From a virus, in IMG/VR virus record IMGVR_UViG_3300009159_008629, positions 10,273 to 74,272 of that record: DNA of 64,000 nt; one strand, given 5' to 3'. The notes beneath the pieces are model-generated. The model had not been told where the DNA came from, did no database searches, and saw only the letters and a list, made by a program, of their open reading frames with translations. The stretch's first letter is position 1; each line of letters begins with the position of its first letter. Shown here piece by piece: positions 18,485 through 27,367 of the stretch. A program made the translations under genes and the position numbers.

Positions 18485-20881
18485 TTAGAATGCGTTTGTG
18501 GATTCAGTAAAGTTGCTACCCGTTCTGTGGATGCTGAATTCAAGGAATATGAACTCAACCGCTCTGGTCGGGATCACGCCGATCCTTGCCCTTAGCTCGT
18601 TTCTGTCAATTACGTCGGAGGTGTTGAGGACCTCGTCGCACTGGATTTTGTAATCGGTAACGCCACGACCAATCAGAACCTCTTGCATTACCACATCAGC
18701 TATCCTGATGAATTCGGCTCTCAGTATTTCGTCGTGCGGTTCGAAAAGCAGAGCTCTGGATCGAGCCTTGAGCTGTTTTTCGATATAGAACATGAGTCGT
18801 CGAACATTGACTCGGTCGAGCGCGGTAGGTCTTCGCTGCATGGTCTTCTGACCCCATACGCAGAAACCGTCGGTGTCTGCGAACTGGACGATTGGATTGA
18901 TGCAGTTTCTGTAGCCGTACATCAAGTCTCGCTCTTCCTGGGTAGGTCGCGCGTAGACGTCGTTGATTCCAGGAACCATGCCACGGTTCAAGCCGGCTGG
19001 GGCGAACCAAGGTCGCGCTAGACGGTCGTTCTGCGCGTACACAGCCATCACTGAGCCGCTGGGAGGAGCCCATACGTCGACCCTGTTGTAGTTGTCACGC
19101 AGGCGAACCCACGGCCAGTACAACGCGCCGAAGTCGCTGTCGAATCTCGTGCTGTTAAGAGGATGCGTACCGTTCTGCCATGCTATGATCTCGTTCACGG
19201 TCAGACCGAAAGGAGAATCGATGATCGCCATGCAGTCCATGCGGAAATTCTGACACATGTAGAGGAGTTCCGTCACCACAGTCGTGCTGGTGTGACCTGG
19301 AACCGCGATAAGGTCGATGTCGAACTGTTCGGATTCGCTGACCGTGTAGATGCCAGTGTATGCGGTGGAATTCCCGATCAGGAGCTCGTCTTGCTTGTCT
19401 GGGTCAGAAGGAATGCCGTCAGAGCCGCCGACAAGGTCGTAGGTGCCGTCCGCCGGTCCAGCCTGGATCGCGGTGTTGTCCTCGATGTTGATGTATTCGG
19501 ACACCAGGGCGAAGTAGCTGCCGACGTAGAACGTGCTGGCGTCATTCTTCGTGATGTTGCCCCAAGATTCCACTTGGCTGCCGTTGCTGTAGATCTCAAC
19601 GTTGAAGGAGCTTTCGCGAGTGTTGTTCTTGATGACAACCTGCGTCAAGTTGCCTTCGATGCCGACGCTGTCAGCCTTGACGGTGAAGGATACGTCGCCA
19701 CCCGTGTTCGAGTCGCCGTTTACCCTTCCGAATGTCTCGATGCCTGTATCGCCGGTTACGCCCGGAGGGGTTTCGCCGATTGCGGTCGCAGAATCGAAGT
19801 CGAATATTGCGATCGCGGTAGAGTCGGACTTGATCCTCAGTCTGGCGTCACGACCGTGGCTGAGGGTGCTGAACACCAAATTGAAGCCGTCGTCGCCACC
19901 CGCGGATGCAACCCATCCGCCAGGAAGATCGCCGCCTTCGGATGATCTCTGAGCGTTGATTACGTCCACGATGTCGCCGATGATGTTCATTTGGCTTTCC
20001 AAGGAGGAAAGATCGATGGACTGAACGACATTGTCGATCAGTACGTTGTCGGTGCCATCCACCACAATATTGAGGTTTAAGCCGGTGACGCTGTTGGGGA
20101 ATTCGTAGTGACCTGGGGTCTGGTATCCAACATCCGGAAACTTGTCGAGTCCTCCCATTGTCGAAGCAACTTCCATCGCTTGACCAAAGCCGGTGACGTT
20201 GCCGTCCGGTACCGAGCCGCCGTAGATGGCGTTCTGCACGGATACGAACTCGAGTTCCGCTTCTGGACCGTAAGCCCATAGGGTTCTCACGCTGATGCAG
20301 TTCGTGACATTCGCGTAGAATTCGATGCCGTCGTTCTCGGCGTCTATCTGGTCGTTGAGGGCTGCAACCAGTTCGGCAGTTGTATATGTAGGTCCGCTTG
20401 GTAAGGGATTATCCTCGAACACGACCAAGGTCCTCTCGCTGAGAACACCATTGAGCCTCCAGCGGAAGAAGTGGGTGCCAAGACCGGTGAAGTCATATGG
20501 TCCGGGTTCGTCCGATTCGATCTCTATCACGGTTCCAGCTGCTGGAACGTCAACTTCGGCTAGGGTCGCCGATTCATCGCTCACTGGGTCAGTGTCGGCT
20601 ACGCGAATGACGTAAAGTTCGTTGGCGATTAGCAGATACTGTTCAGCGGCATATAGAAGATAAGGATCGCCGCTCTGTGGATGTGGGTTTCCGAAAGTCC
20701 TATGGAGCTGTCGGCTGGTCGCTATGATGGTCGGAATGTTTATCGGACCTTTGCTCGCGAACCCAATGAGAGCAGCTCTGTGGAGAGTTTGCTCGGGAGC
20801 GATGAAGCTCAAGTCTTTTTCGGCAATCCGAACGCTTGGGCTGATTGTGTTTGATGGTGGAAAACCTCTAAGTATCGCCAT
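18485..20881 (-). CDS. gp18: Contractile tail sheath protein (gp18-like)
   Basis: SPSVRIAEKDLS, GFASKGP, ALYWPW, PWFAPAGLNRG, WGQKT, LDRVNVRRL, FEP, P.RAVEFI. Confidence 0.95.
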   Translation of the reverse strand: MAILRGFPPSNTISPSVRIAEKDLSFIAPEQTLHRAALIGFASKGPINIPTIIATSRQLHRTFGNPHPQSGDPYLLYAAEQYLLIANELYVIRVADTDPVSDESATLAEVDVPAAGTVIEIESDEPGPYDFTGLGTHFFRWRLNGVLSERTLVVFEDNPLPSGPTYTTAELVAALNDQIDAENDGIEFYANVTNCISVRTLWAYGPEAELEFVSVQNAIYGGSVPDGNVTGFGQAMEVASTMGGLDKFPDVGYQTPGHYEFPNSVTGLNLNIVVDGTDNVLIDNVVQSIDLSSLESQMNIIGDIVDVINAQRSSEGGDLPGGWVASAGGDDGFNLVFSTLSHGRDARLRIKSDSTAIAIFDFDSATAIGETPPGVTGDTGIETFGRVNGDSNTGGDVSFTVKADSVGIEGNLTQVVIKNNTRESSFNVEIYSNGSQVESWGNITKNDASTFYVGSYFALVSEYINIEDNTAIQAGPADGTYDLVGGSDGIPSDPDKQDELLIGNSTAYTGIYTVSESEQFDIDLIAVPGHTSTTVVTELLYMCQNFRMDCMAIIDSPFGLTVNEIIAWQNGTHPLNSTRFDSDFGALYWPWVRLRDNYNRVDVWAPPSGSVMAVYAQNDRLARPWFAPAGLNRGMVPGINDVYARPTQEERDLMYGYRNCINPIVQFADTDGFCVWGQKTMQRRPTALDRVNVRRLMFYIEKQLKARSRALLFEPHDEILRAEFIRIADVVMQEVLIGRGVTDYKIQCDEVLNTSDVIDRNELRARIGVIPTRAVEFIFLEFSIHRTGSNFTESTNAF

Positions 20882-20885
20882 AGTC

Positions 20886-21113
20886 TTATTCTCCCTTTTT
20901 TAGCAAAATATTGTTCGGTAACTGTTTGACGGTGATGAGACCGTCATTGGCTGCTCTGTCTATATATTCAGTAGCCCTCTCATCTTCTAAATAAAAAATA
21001 TTTTTTCCACATCCTATCCCTGGGATGTTCAACACGGTAAAAGACCGAGGCGCCTTTCTTGACCTTATAATCAGCTGAACTGGAAATCTCTGCTTGTTCT
21101 TTATTTCTAACAT
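20886..21113 (-). CDS. Hypothetical protein (75 aa) in the tail operon
   Basis: Fits exactly between gp15 and gp18. Confidence 0.7.
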   Translation of the reverse strand: MLEIKNKQRFPVQLIIRSRKAPRSFTVLNIPGIGCGKNIFYLEDERATEYIDRAANDGLITVKQLPNNILLKKGE

Positions 21114-22100
21114 TTAAGTTCCTTTAAGTTCTTTTACGCTCTCTTCCAATCTCGCCATAACCTGCGTTATCTCTTCCTCTGCCAATCCGTCCACAAGATC
21201 GATCCTCGTGCCTAGGACAGCCTTCTTCCTTGTTATCGGCTGTGGTATGTATGTCTCGGCAGTCATGTTGAATTGGTACTTGATCACTCTTATGGCTTGG
21301 TCCCCAGGCTCGTAGTCCTGGTTGTTCGCTATAGAGTCAAGCTTCACTATGACCTCATAGGGCACGCCTATCACTTTTATATATGCAGTCTGGCTGAATT
21401 TTAGAATAATTTGTTCCAGAATTTGGTTCATGTCCTCCTGGTACATAGTCCACACGTAGAGCGTGTACGTTATGTCTACCGGCAGCCCCCTCGCGAAACC
21501 GAAAACGGTATCCCTTTCATATTTTTCGCTGGACGTGAATCCCGGCTTGCCGTCCAGACCGCGCCTGTAGTCGAGAGCCTTGTGGTAGACGTACCTGTTG
21601 GCGTTGAACTGGAGGTCGCTGTCGTGTATAGCCAGCATCGGGAGCTTTATCCTGTCGACAACCAAGGTATCGTCCTTTCTCACGTTGTCCATCAGTATCG
21701 CGGCGACAGCCCGCTCCTGCGTTCCCCATATTATCGGTATGGGATGAGCCTTCCCGTTCTCGTCTATGACGACTATGTCCGTGAAGAGGTCCCTCATGGC
21801 GTCGTCGCAGCCCCTCTTGGACTTCGAGTACCTGTATATCGTGGACCTGTCCGGGTTTGACGGGTCGTTTATTATCTTGCCGGCTTGCATCGGGTCGCAG
21901 TTGCCGGAAGATCCCAGTCCGACCTTCTTGTCGCCGAGATCCTTGATCCAGCTCAGTTCCTCGCTGCCGACGTCCCGGCTGTTCGGTTTCCCGTCATTCC
22001 CGCACATCTGTGGTATTGGATCGAGATTCGGGTTATAATTGATCGGGCTTCTGTCGTTGCACTCATTCAGACCTTTGCCGGGATGATTGATGTCGTTCAT
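21114..22100 (-). CDS. gp15: Tail sheath stabilizer / tail terminator (gp15-like)
   Basis: PIPIIWGTQER, LPMLAI, PVDITYTLYVWT...DMNQILEQIILKF. Confidence 0.8.
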   Translation of the reverse strand: MNDINHPGKGLNECNDRSPINYNPNLDPIPQMCGNDGKPNSRDVGSEELSWIKDLGDKKVGLGSSGNCDPMQAGKIINDPSNPDRSTIYRYSKSKRGCDDAMRDLFTDIVVIDENGKAHPIPIIWGTQERAVAAILMDNVRKDDTLVVDRIKLPMLAIHDSDLQFNANRYVYHKALDYRRGLDGKPGFTSSEKYERDTVFGFARGLPVDITYTLYVWTMYQEDMNQILEQIILKFSQTAYIKVIGVPYEVIVKLDSIANNQDYEPGDQAIRVIKYQFNMTAETYIPQPITRKKAVLGTRIDLVDGLAEEEITQVMARLEESVKELKGT

Positions 22101-22139
22101 TGTTTTTCCTTTTCCTTATGTATGGAGCATGGTGGCAAA

Positions 22140-22997
22140 ATGCACGAACCTATTAGAGTAAAATACCGCTATTGGCATCAGGGAAAACCGCCGAAACCAA
22201 TCAGGCTCCAGATACCCGGGTGGAGCGGCATCGACAACCAGCACACGAACGGGAGCAAGGCTCAGCCTTGGCACTGCCAGCCTTTCGTGGACGGAAGCAC
22301 GTACGGTCTCGAGCTTTGCTACCCTTTCGACACGGAATGCCACATCCAGGTGAGGGACGGCAAGCCGGAGTTCGTCGGGGATTTCGAGGAGGAGAACAAG
22401 GTGACGATGCTCCAGAACGTCAAGCTACCCCCGTTCTCAAGCTTCGCCGAAGGGCATTTCGGCATGACTTCCTGCCTCGACCTGCAGGTCCCGGACGACA
22501 TGGTCCTCAGGATCGAGTCGCACCCTAGGTTCTACACTGACACGACCAACACCGTTCCGTGCGTCGTTCCCGGACATTTGCAGACGTCATGGTGGACTAA
22601 GATTTTTTTTGTGGTTTTCAAGAATCCCGTCGAGGGTCAGAAGTACATATTCAGGAAGGGAGAGCCATACGCCCAAATTCTTGTCCTCCCGAAAAAATGC
22701 AGCTATGACGTTGTCGAGATGACCGAGAACGAGAAGTTCAAGAGGGGGACCCAGGACAACATCATAGTGGATTTCGCCAGGAACATAGCTGGCAACACAT
22801 GGGTTTCCGAAGCCGGGCACGAGTTCGACGACAAATACAAGAAGCTTTCCACCGTGGCGGCGAAGAACGGATGCCCCTACATGACCAAGCATCTCGAGGA
22901 CATCAAGAACAAGCCGAAAGTATCAATCAAGAGGAAACTCCTGAAAAAGAGGAAAGATGAAGATTCCGCCGTACAAGATAAAGAAAAAGACGCATAG
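22140..22997 (+). CDS. DUF6065-like (dUTPase-like beta-fold) protein
   Basis: HCQPFVDGSTYGLELCYPFD, VVPGHLQTSWW, FRKGEPYAQILVLP. Confidence 0.55.
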   Translation: MHEPIRVKYRYWHQGKPPKPIRLQIPGWSGIDNQHTNGSKAQPWHCQPFVDGSTYGLELCYPFDTECHIQVRDGKPEFVGDFEEENKVTMLQNVKLPPFSSFAEGHFGMTSCLDLQVPDDMVLRIESHPRFYTDTTNTVPCVVPGHLQTSWWTKIFFVVFKNPVEGQKYIFRKGEPYAQILVLPKKCSYDVVEMTENEKFKRGTQDNIIVDFARNIAGNTWVSEAGHEFDDKYKKLSTVAAKNGCPYMTKHLEDIKNKPKVSIKRKLLKKRKDEDSAVQDKEKDA

Positions 22998-23121
22998 CCT
23001 GAAGCCCTTGATATTCCCCGGCAGGGAGAGGCTCCAGACCCCGAAGATTCCTCTGCGTCTTTTCGTGAACGTCCACGAACCCAACCTCTACGAGTTCTCG
23101 GAAATCATCGTTAGGCAGTAG
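22957..23121 (+). CDS. Possible small ORF (54 aa, MKIPPYKIKKK...)
   Basis: Below the ORF-track cutoff; SD AGAGG, overlaps the upstream gene end and fills the gap. Confidence 0.35.
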   Translation: MKIPPYKIKKKTHSLKPLIFPGRERLQTPKIPLRLFVNVHEPNLYEFSEIIVRQ

Positions 23122-23605
23122 GTTCGCCCTGGTTTCCGATGGGAGCCGCGGCAAGCTGTGGCGGTGGTGGAGTTCCCGGCGGAGCGCCGGCGTCAGGAGG
23201 AGCCCCCGGTGGAGCTCCCGGTGGAGCGCCGGCGTCAGGCGGAGCCCCCGCGTCCGCTTCCGGAGGTTTCTCGGCTGGCTTGTCGTCGGACAGGAAAGCC
23301 TCTAGTTTATCTCTGTTGAATTTCTTCAGCATAGGTGATTTCATGGCTGTGTCGATGGCGTCGAGCACCCCTTGGTATGCCTCGTCGCCTGCTGGGTCCT
23401 CGAGACCGCTGTCTGGGTCTTTGGAGTTTGACTGACCGGGATTCTCCGGAGGAGCCTTCTGCGCCTGCTCTGGCGGCACTGATGGCGGTTGACCCGGCGC
23501 TTGCGGCTGGGCTGGAGGCTGGTCTTCCTCGAACACCATCCTCATGTCTCCGTTCAGTATCTTCTCGTTCCTTATCTGCTCCATAAACTCAAAAAAGCTT
23601 TTCAT
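23111..23605 (-). CDS. Pro/Ala-rich protein with capsid-targeting-like N-terminus
   Basis: Starts MKSFFEFMEQIRNE after SD AGGAG; GAPP(D/G) repeats. Confidence 0.7.
   Translation of the reverse strand: MKSFFEFMEQIRNEKILNGDMRMVFEEDQPPAQPQAPGQPPSVPPEQAQKAPPENPGQSNSKDPDSGLEDPAGDEAYQGVLDAIDTAMKSPMLKKFNRDKLEAFLSDDKPAEKPPEADAGAPPDAGAPPGAPPGAPPDAGAPPGTPPPPQLAAAPIGNQGEPTA
23160..23262 (-). repeat. Coding tandem repeat GAPP(DA)GAPP
   Basis: DAGAPPDAGAPPGAPPGAPPDAGAPPGTPPPP. Confidence 0.8.
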
Positions 23606-23613
23606 TTTTTCTC

Positions 23614-24153
23614 CTAGACTATCTTGATTTTCTGATCCGGTTGCTTCTGGGTGACCGTGCCCTCTCCCGTCGTCACAGATTCCTGGAATCTCTGACATAT
23701 AAGCTCGAGCCGCAGGGCTCCCCAAAGCTTGAATTCCCCGAGGTTCCTCTGCACGACGACCCAGTTCTCCCTGAGGTGCGGCGTGAATATCCTGGACCCT
23801 ATCTTTGGCGGGTGACCTATCGACTTCAAAGCCGTCCTGTAGTTGACCTCGAACACCATCTCGTCCGGGGAGTCGATGCCGAACTGGGTCAGGGCGTTTT
23901 GCGAAGGTATGGGCTCGTAGTTGCACCACAGCATGATCGGGTTGTTCGAGAATATCTTGCCCCTGTCCTCAAGGTACAGCGGGTCCACCGTCTGGCTCTG
24001 TATGAAGACCTCGTAGTAGTACAGCGGAGATCCGCCGCGCACCATCGACTCCTGGTCCCACTGGTTGAACAGGTCGTGTTCCGGGGCGCCCGGGTTGTAT
24101 TGCTGCGTGCTTCCGAGCGTCTTGTAACATGTTCCGTCAAGGTTTCTGAGCAA
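23614..24153 (-). CDS. gp14: Neck / head-closure protein (gp14-like)
   Basis: VDPLYLED, LTQFGIDSPDEMVF, PKIGSRIF; TTG start with SD AAGGAG. Confidence 0.75.
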   Translation of the reverse strand: MLRNLDGTCYKTLGSTQQYNPGAPEHDLFNQWDQESMVRGGSPLYYYEVFIQSQTVDPLYLEDRGKIFSNNPIMLWCNYEPIPSQNALTQFGIDSPDEMVFEVNYRTALKSIGHPPKIGSRIFTPHLRENWVVVQRNLGEFKLWGALRLELICQRFQESVTTGEGTVTQKQPDQKIKIV

Positions 24154-24162
24154 AGATTCTCC

Positions 24163-25866
24163 TTATAGTTTCGCGGCTGTCGCTGCTACGTGGGCTGGCG
24201 TATTCTTGAGATCTTCGACTAGTTTCGTGTAAGCCCCAGGCGTATTGCCGTCAAGCTGTCTCACGGTCAAGTCCAAAAGACCAACGAAATTGTTTTGCAG
24301 CACTCTTCTGAAAAAAGTCTCGTAGGGATGACCAGGTGTTGTGGGGGAATCAGGAAATTCAACGCCATGCTCTCTGTAAAACGTATCTTTGAACAGAGAT
24401 GTGAGCCATTTGCTCAAGTAGCCGCCTTTCCCAGCCACTTTGTGCTCAGGTCCGAAAAGCTTGCTTGCCGCGTCTCGAAACATACTTTGGAAAAGTCCTT
24501 TTGGGTCGGCAATTTTTTTACCCTTGAAAGGGGATTGCGAGTTTTGCTCGAATTTTTTAAAATAATCTTCATATAATTGAACTATTGTTGAATATTCGAA
24601 TCCATCTACGTGTCTCGTTAGTTCTTCCCTGACTTTCTCTAGCATCGCAATCATGCTTGCCCTTCCGGTATCTGTTTTCATTCCTGTCGCCGTGGCGGCT
24701 CCAGAGATGGCGAGATTCATACTTTGTATTTTATCGTCGAGAGCTTTCCAATAGTCATTCATTTCTTCTTCGATATTCAATTTCGTACGTCCGAAATCGC
24801 CAGCATCGTCTTTTTCGAGAATCCAGTCTCTCATCCGAATTAATTCCTCTCTAGATCTGGAAGATACGCCTGTTTCTCTCATATGTATTTCTTTTATGTC
24901 TTCTGGCGTTGTACTGGACTTGAGGAAATCGTTAATTGCTTCAGTATCCTCTAATCTTCCAATTTCCAAGGAAAACCGATCTCCCTGAACATTTTTTTGC
25001 GTGCTTTGTGGTATGTTGGCTTCAATGCCGCTGGCGCTTACATCCGCCACCTTATTTTTCTTTATCACCGCTTTTTTGGCGTTGGGCACAAGTTTACCAA
25101 GTCTATTTCTCCAAGTAGACGCCACTCTTTGTTCGAAGACTCCCCTGTTTCTGCACATTATCACCCCAAGCATCGCAACGTCAAACCATCCGGAGTTGAA
25201 ATAGTTGAAGATAGCCGAGTTTTGCCCCTTTTCTGGCTCTTTTTCTCCTTTCCCCCTGTTGATAGCCAATACTTTGGCTCTTTTTTCTGATTCTTTATTC
25301 ATCCATCCGCCATCCTTGTAGATATGGGTCATGACTCTTCCTGGATCCCCAGATCGTGACACGTAATGACCTCTTATGATCTGGTCAAATAAGTCTTTGG
25401 CAGGAACATCATTATCTTTGTTTTTTATTGCAATATCTTTGAGAATACCATGGAAGTCAAAGTCACCAGTCTCGTCGAACTTGTTTTCCCTCATGTACTT
25501 TCTGCATTCGTCTTCTATGGTTTCTGGGGTTATCGGTATCGATTCGCCTCGTATTTCTATTTTTTTTGGCAGTTTGGCATTCCAGTCCTTGAATTCCGGG
25601 TGCTCGAGGTTTTTTTCTTTCCCAGTAAGTTTTCCGCCTATGGACATGTTCCTGACTGATTTTTTTTCGCCACTTGATCTGATGGCGACCGTCTCGGCGT
25701 CTTCGCCCTTTTTGTCCTCTATGCCCAGATTGATTCTTTTGGCGAACTGAGCTATCCTGAAATTGAACTCTCGATTAAAATCTTCTTTGTAGTCATCCAG
25801 TCCATCTAAAATACCTGGGATTAGTCTTTGGTTTTCGAACAGCCATGTCTTAAAGGAAAATCTCAT
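24163..25866 (-). CDS. Large hypothetical protein, probable internal/ejected head protein
   Basis: Starts MRFSFKTWLFEN; TAGATA box and SD AGAGGT upstream; visibly more AT-rich than its neighbours. Confidence 0.7.
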   Translation of the reverse strand: MRFSFKTWLFENQRLIPGILDGLDDYKEDFNREFNFRIAQFAKRINLGIEDKKGEDAETVAIRSSGEKKSVRNMSIGGKLTGKEKNLEHPEFKDWNAKLPKKIEIRGESIPITPETIEDECRKYMRENKFDETGDFDFHGILKDIAIKNKDNDVPAKDLFDQIIRGHYVSRSGDPGRVMTHIYKDGGWMNKESEKRAKVLAINRGKGEKEPEKGQNSAIFNYFNSGWFDVAMLGVIMCRNRGVFEQRVASTWRNRLGKLVPNAKKAVIKKNKVADVSASGIEANIPQSTQKNVQGDRFSLEIGRLEDTEAINDFLKSSTTPEDIKEIHMRETGVSSRSREELIRMRDWILEKDDAGDFGRTKLNIEEEMNDYWKALDDKIQSMNLAISGAATATGMKTDTGRASMIAMLEKVREELTRHVDGFEYSTIVQLYEDYFKKFEQNSQSPFKGKKIADPKGLFQSMFRDAASKLFGPEHKVAGKGGYLSKWLTSLFKDTFYREHGVEFPDSPTTPGHPYETFFRRVLQNNFVGLLDLTVRQLDGNTPGAYTKLVEDLKNTPAHVAATAAKL

Positions 25867-25898
25867 TTTTAACACCTCTTTGATTTATCTATATGCCA

Positions 25899-25940
25899 AG
25901 AAAAAAAAATGGGGTAATTTTTTGAAAATTACCCCATTTT
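25899..25940 (-). terminator. Intrinsic terminator
   Basis: AAAATGGGGTAATTTT / AAAATTACCCCATTTT inverted repeat with an A-run at 25899-25909. Confidence 0.75.
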
Positions 25941-25961
25941 GATTTGTTTGTCCTACGCAGA

Positions 25962-26390
25962 TCAATCCAGGCTTATCCTCGGCGATATGGCTATCTGACC
26001 GCCGCCGGCGGGCAGTATGAAAGGCGCACCGGAGAATCTCTCCAGCCAAAGAAGGGCTGGCGACCCATAGATGGTCGTCACGTAGTAGCCGTATACCGTC
26101 ACCGCCGTGGTGAAGGTGAATGTCTGTTCGCTGTATACCGCGGTGGTCGTGCCGGATGTCTGCGTGGTCGTCCAGCTAGATCCCACCAGCGTCACCGGAA
26201 GGTAGCCGGAAGCGCCCAGAGCCTCGGTCACCGTCGACAGCGTGGTGTTTTCGGCTGGTGTTAGGTTGTTCGTGAAAAGACGAAGAAGTCGTTCGCCGTT
26301 AGCCGGCGCGGCTGTTCCGTCGGTTGAAATCATGTTGACCAAATATTGAAGCATCAGTATTTCGCCGATGTCTGGTACGAGTAAGCTCAT
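25962..26390 (-). CDS. Thr-rich virion structural protein (decoration/fiber-associated)
   Basis: LRLFTNNLTP..T....EA..SGY.PVTL...W pattern; own TACATA box, SD and terminator. Confidence 0.65.
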   Translation of the reverse strand: MSLLVPDIGEILMLQYLVNMISTDGTAAPANGERLLRLFTNNLTPAENTTLSTVTEALGASGYLPVTLVGSSWTTTQTSGTTTAVYSEQTFTFTTAVTVYGYYVTTIYGSPALLWLERFSGAPFILPAGGGQIAISPRISLD

Positions 26391-26497
26391 TTTCGATTCT
26401 CCTTGTTTCTGTATTATGTAGAATTAAACGGTGAAATTTTTCTCTTTTTTTCGTAAATACCGCACACCTATGAATGAGTTTCGGGAATAAAAATAAA

Positions 26498-27091
26498 ATG
26501 ACACTAAAAAACAAAGACGGTTCGGTCTACAGGCTCCGCAGCCCAAACGCCCTCATGAGGGACCAGACGGTGTGGAACGGATACACCATCCACAACATGA
26601 AGTGGGACCCGATCACGCAGGAGAGCAAGGATGAGGTCATTCCCATGCCCAGCGATTTCTCCGTCAGGGATTCGTTCGTGGAGGAACTGGAATCCAACAA
26701 GCCGCCTGCGCACGAGGCAGAACCAAAGTCTCCCATCGAAAGTCCGAAAGCAGAGGAGAGGAAACAGGATGGCAAAGGCGTCGGTCTCGGGGTCGAGACG
26801 ACGTTCGTCTGGTGCCTGCCGGCTGTCCTGAAGAGAAAGAGGGACTCCCTGTACGACGAGGAATACGTCACGGTAAGCTATGGAAACCCGTATTCCTTCG
26901 AGGCTGTAATGGTGGAGGAGGGCGACCTCTCGTTCTCCATGTGGACCACGGCGACGATCGAGAGGGGAAGCGTCGTCTTCCCCAAGACGACGTTCAAGAG
27001 GTGGTGGAGGGTCGACGATATAAGGGAGAAGACTGGCGGATTCCTCTACAGCGGAATGCCTTCCGACTACCAGCCGCACTTCGAGATCTAG
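26498..27091 (+). CDS. Hypothetical protein, possible gp14 paralog
   Basis: N-terminus LKNKDGSVYRL resembles the gp14-like LRNLDGTCYKT; TAAATA upstream. Confidence 0.6.
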   Translation: MTLKNKDGSVYRLRSPNALMRDQTVWNGYTIHNMKWDPITQESKDEVIPMPSDFSVRDSFVEELESNKPPAHEAEPKSPIESPKAEERKQDGKGVGLGVETTFVWCLPAVLKRKRDSLYDEEYVTVSYGNPYSFEAVMVEEGDLSFSMWTTATIERGSVVFPKTTFKRWWRVDDIREKTGGFLYSGMPSDYQPHFEI

Positions 27092-27366
27092 GAGTTCGGC
27101 GAGGTTATCTTGACTTCGAACCCGAGCTTGGACAGCTTTTCCCTGTGCTCGTCGACAGCCCTGACGAAACCGACCTCGTAGATTTCCACCATCATGGACA
27201 CGAAGTCCTTGATGTCCTTGTCGGTCGCCAGGCTGTGCGACACCCTGTCTATTATCTGCTCATGCTTGGGATACCTTTCCTTGAGTATCTCGAACATGGT
27301 CTTCTTGAGCATGTGACCCCTGGGGTTCGACATGAGGTTGAACCAGCCTTCGTTTGAATCTGCCAA
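27088..27366 (-). CDS. Hypothetical protein (92 aa)
   Basis: Abuts the 876-aa gene; TTG start with SD AGGAG. Confidence 0.65.
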   Translation of the reverse strand: MADSNEGWFNLMSNPRGHMLKKTMFEILKERYPKHEQIIDRVSHSLATDKDIKDFVSMMVEIYEVGFVRAVDEHREKLSKLGFEVKITSPNS

Positions 27367-27367
27367 T

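Noticed and set aside
17300-22100. Bacterial contractile injection system (eCIS/tailocin) interpretation of the sheath and two tubes
   Set aside because: Head-joining neck genes, gp55, gp46, RNR and the overall gene density indicate a phage genome
23111-23929. Upstream-extended starts in the ORF track (also 7412, 8014, 13177, 21885, 32951, 43442, 46081, 51962, 57976)
   Set aside because: The extensions overlap neighbouring real genes; downstream ATGs with an SD or stop-start coupling fit better
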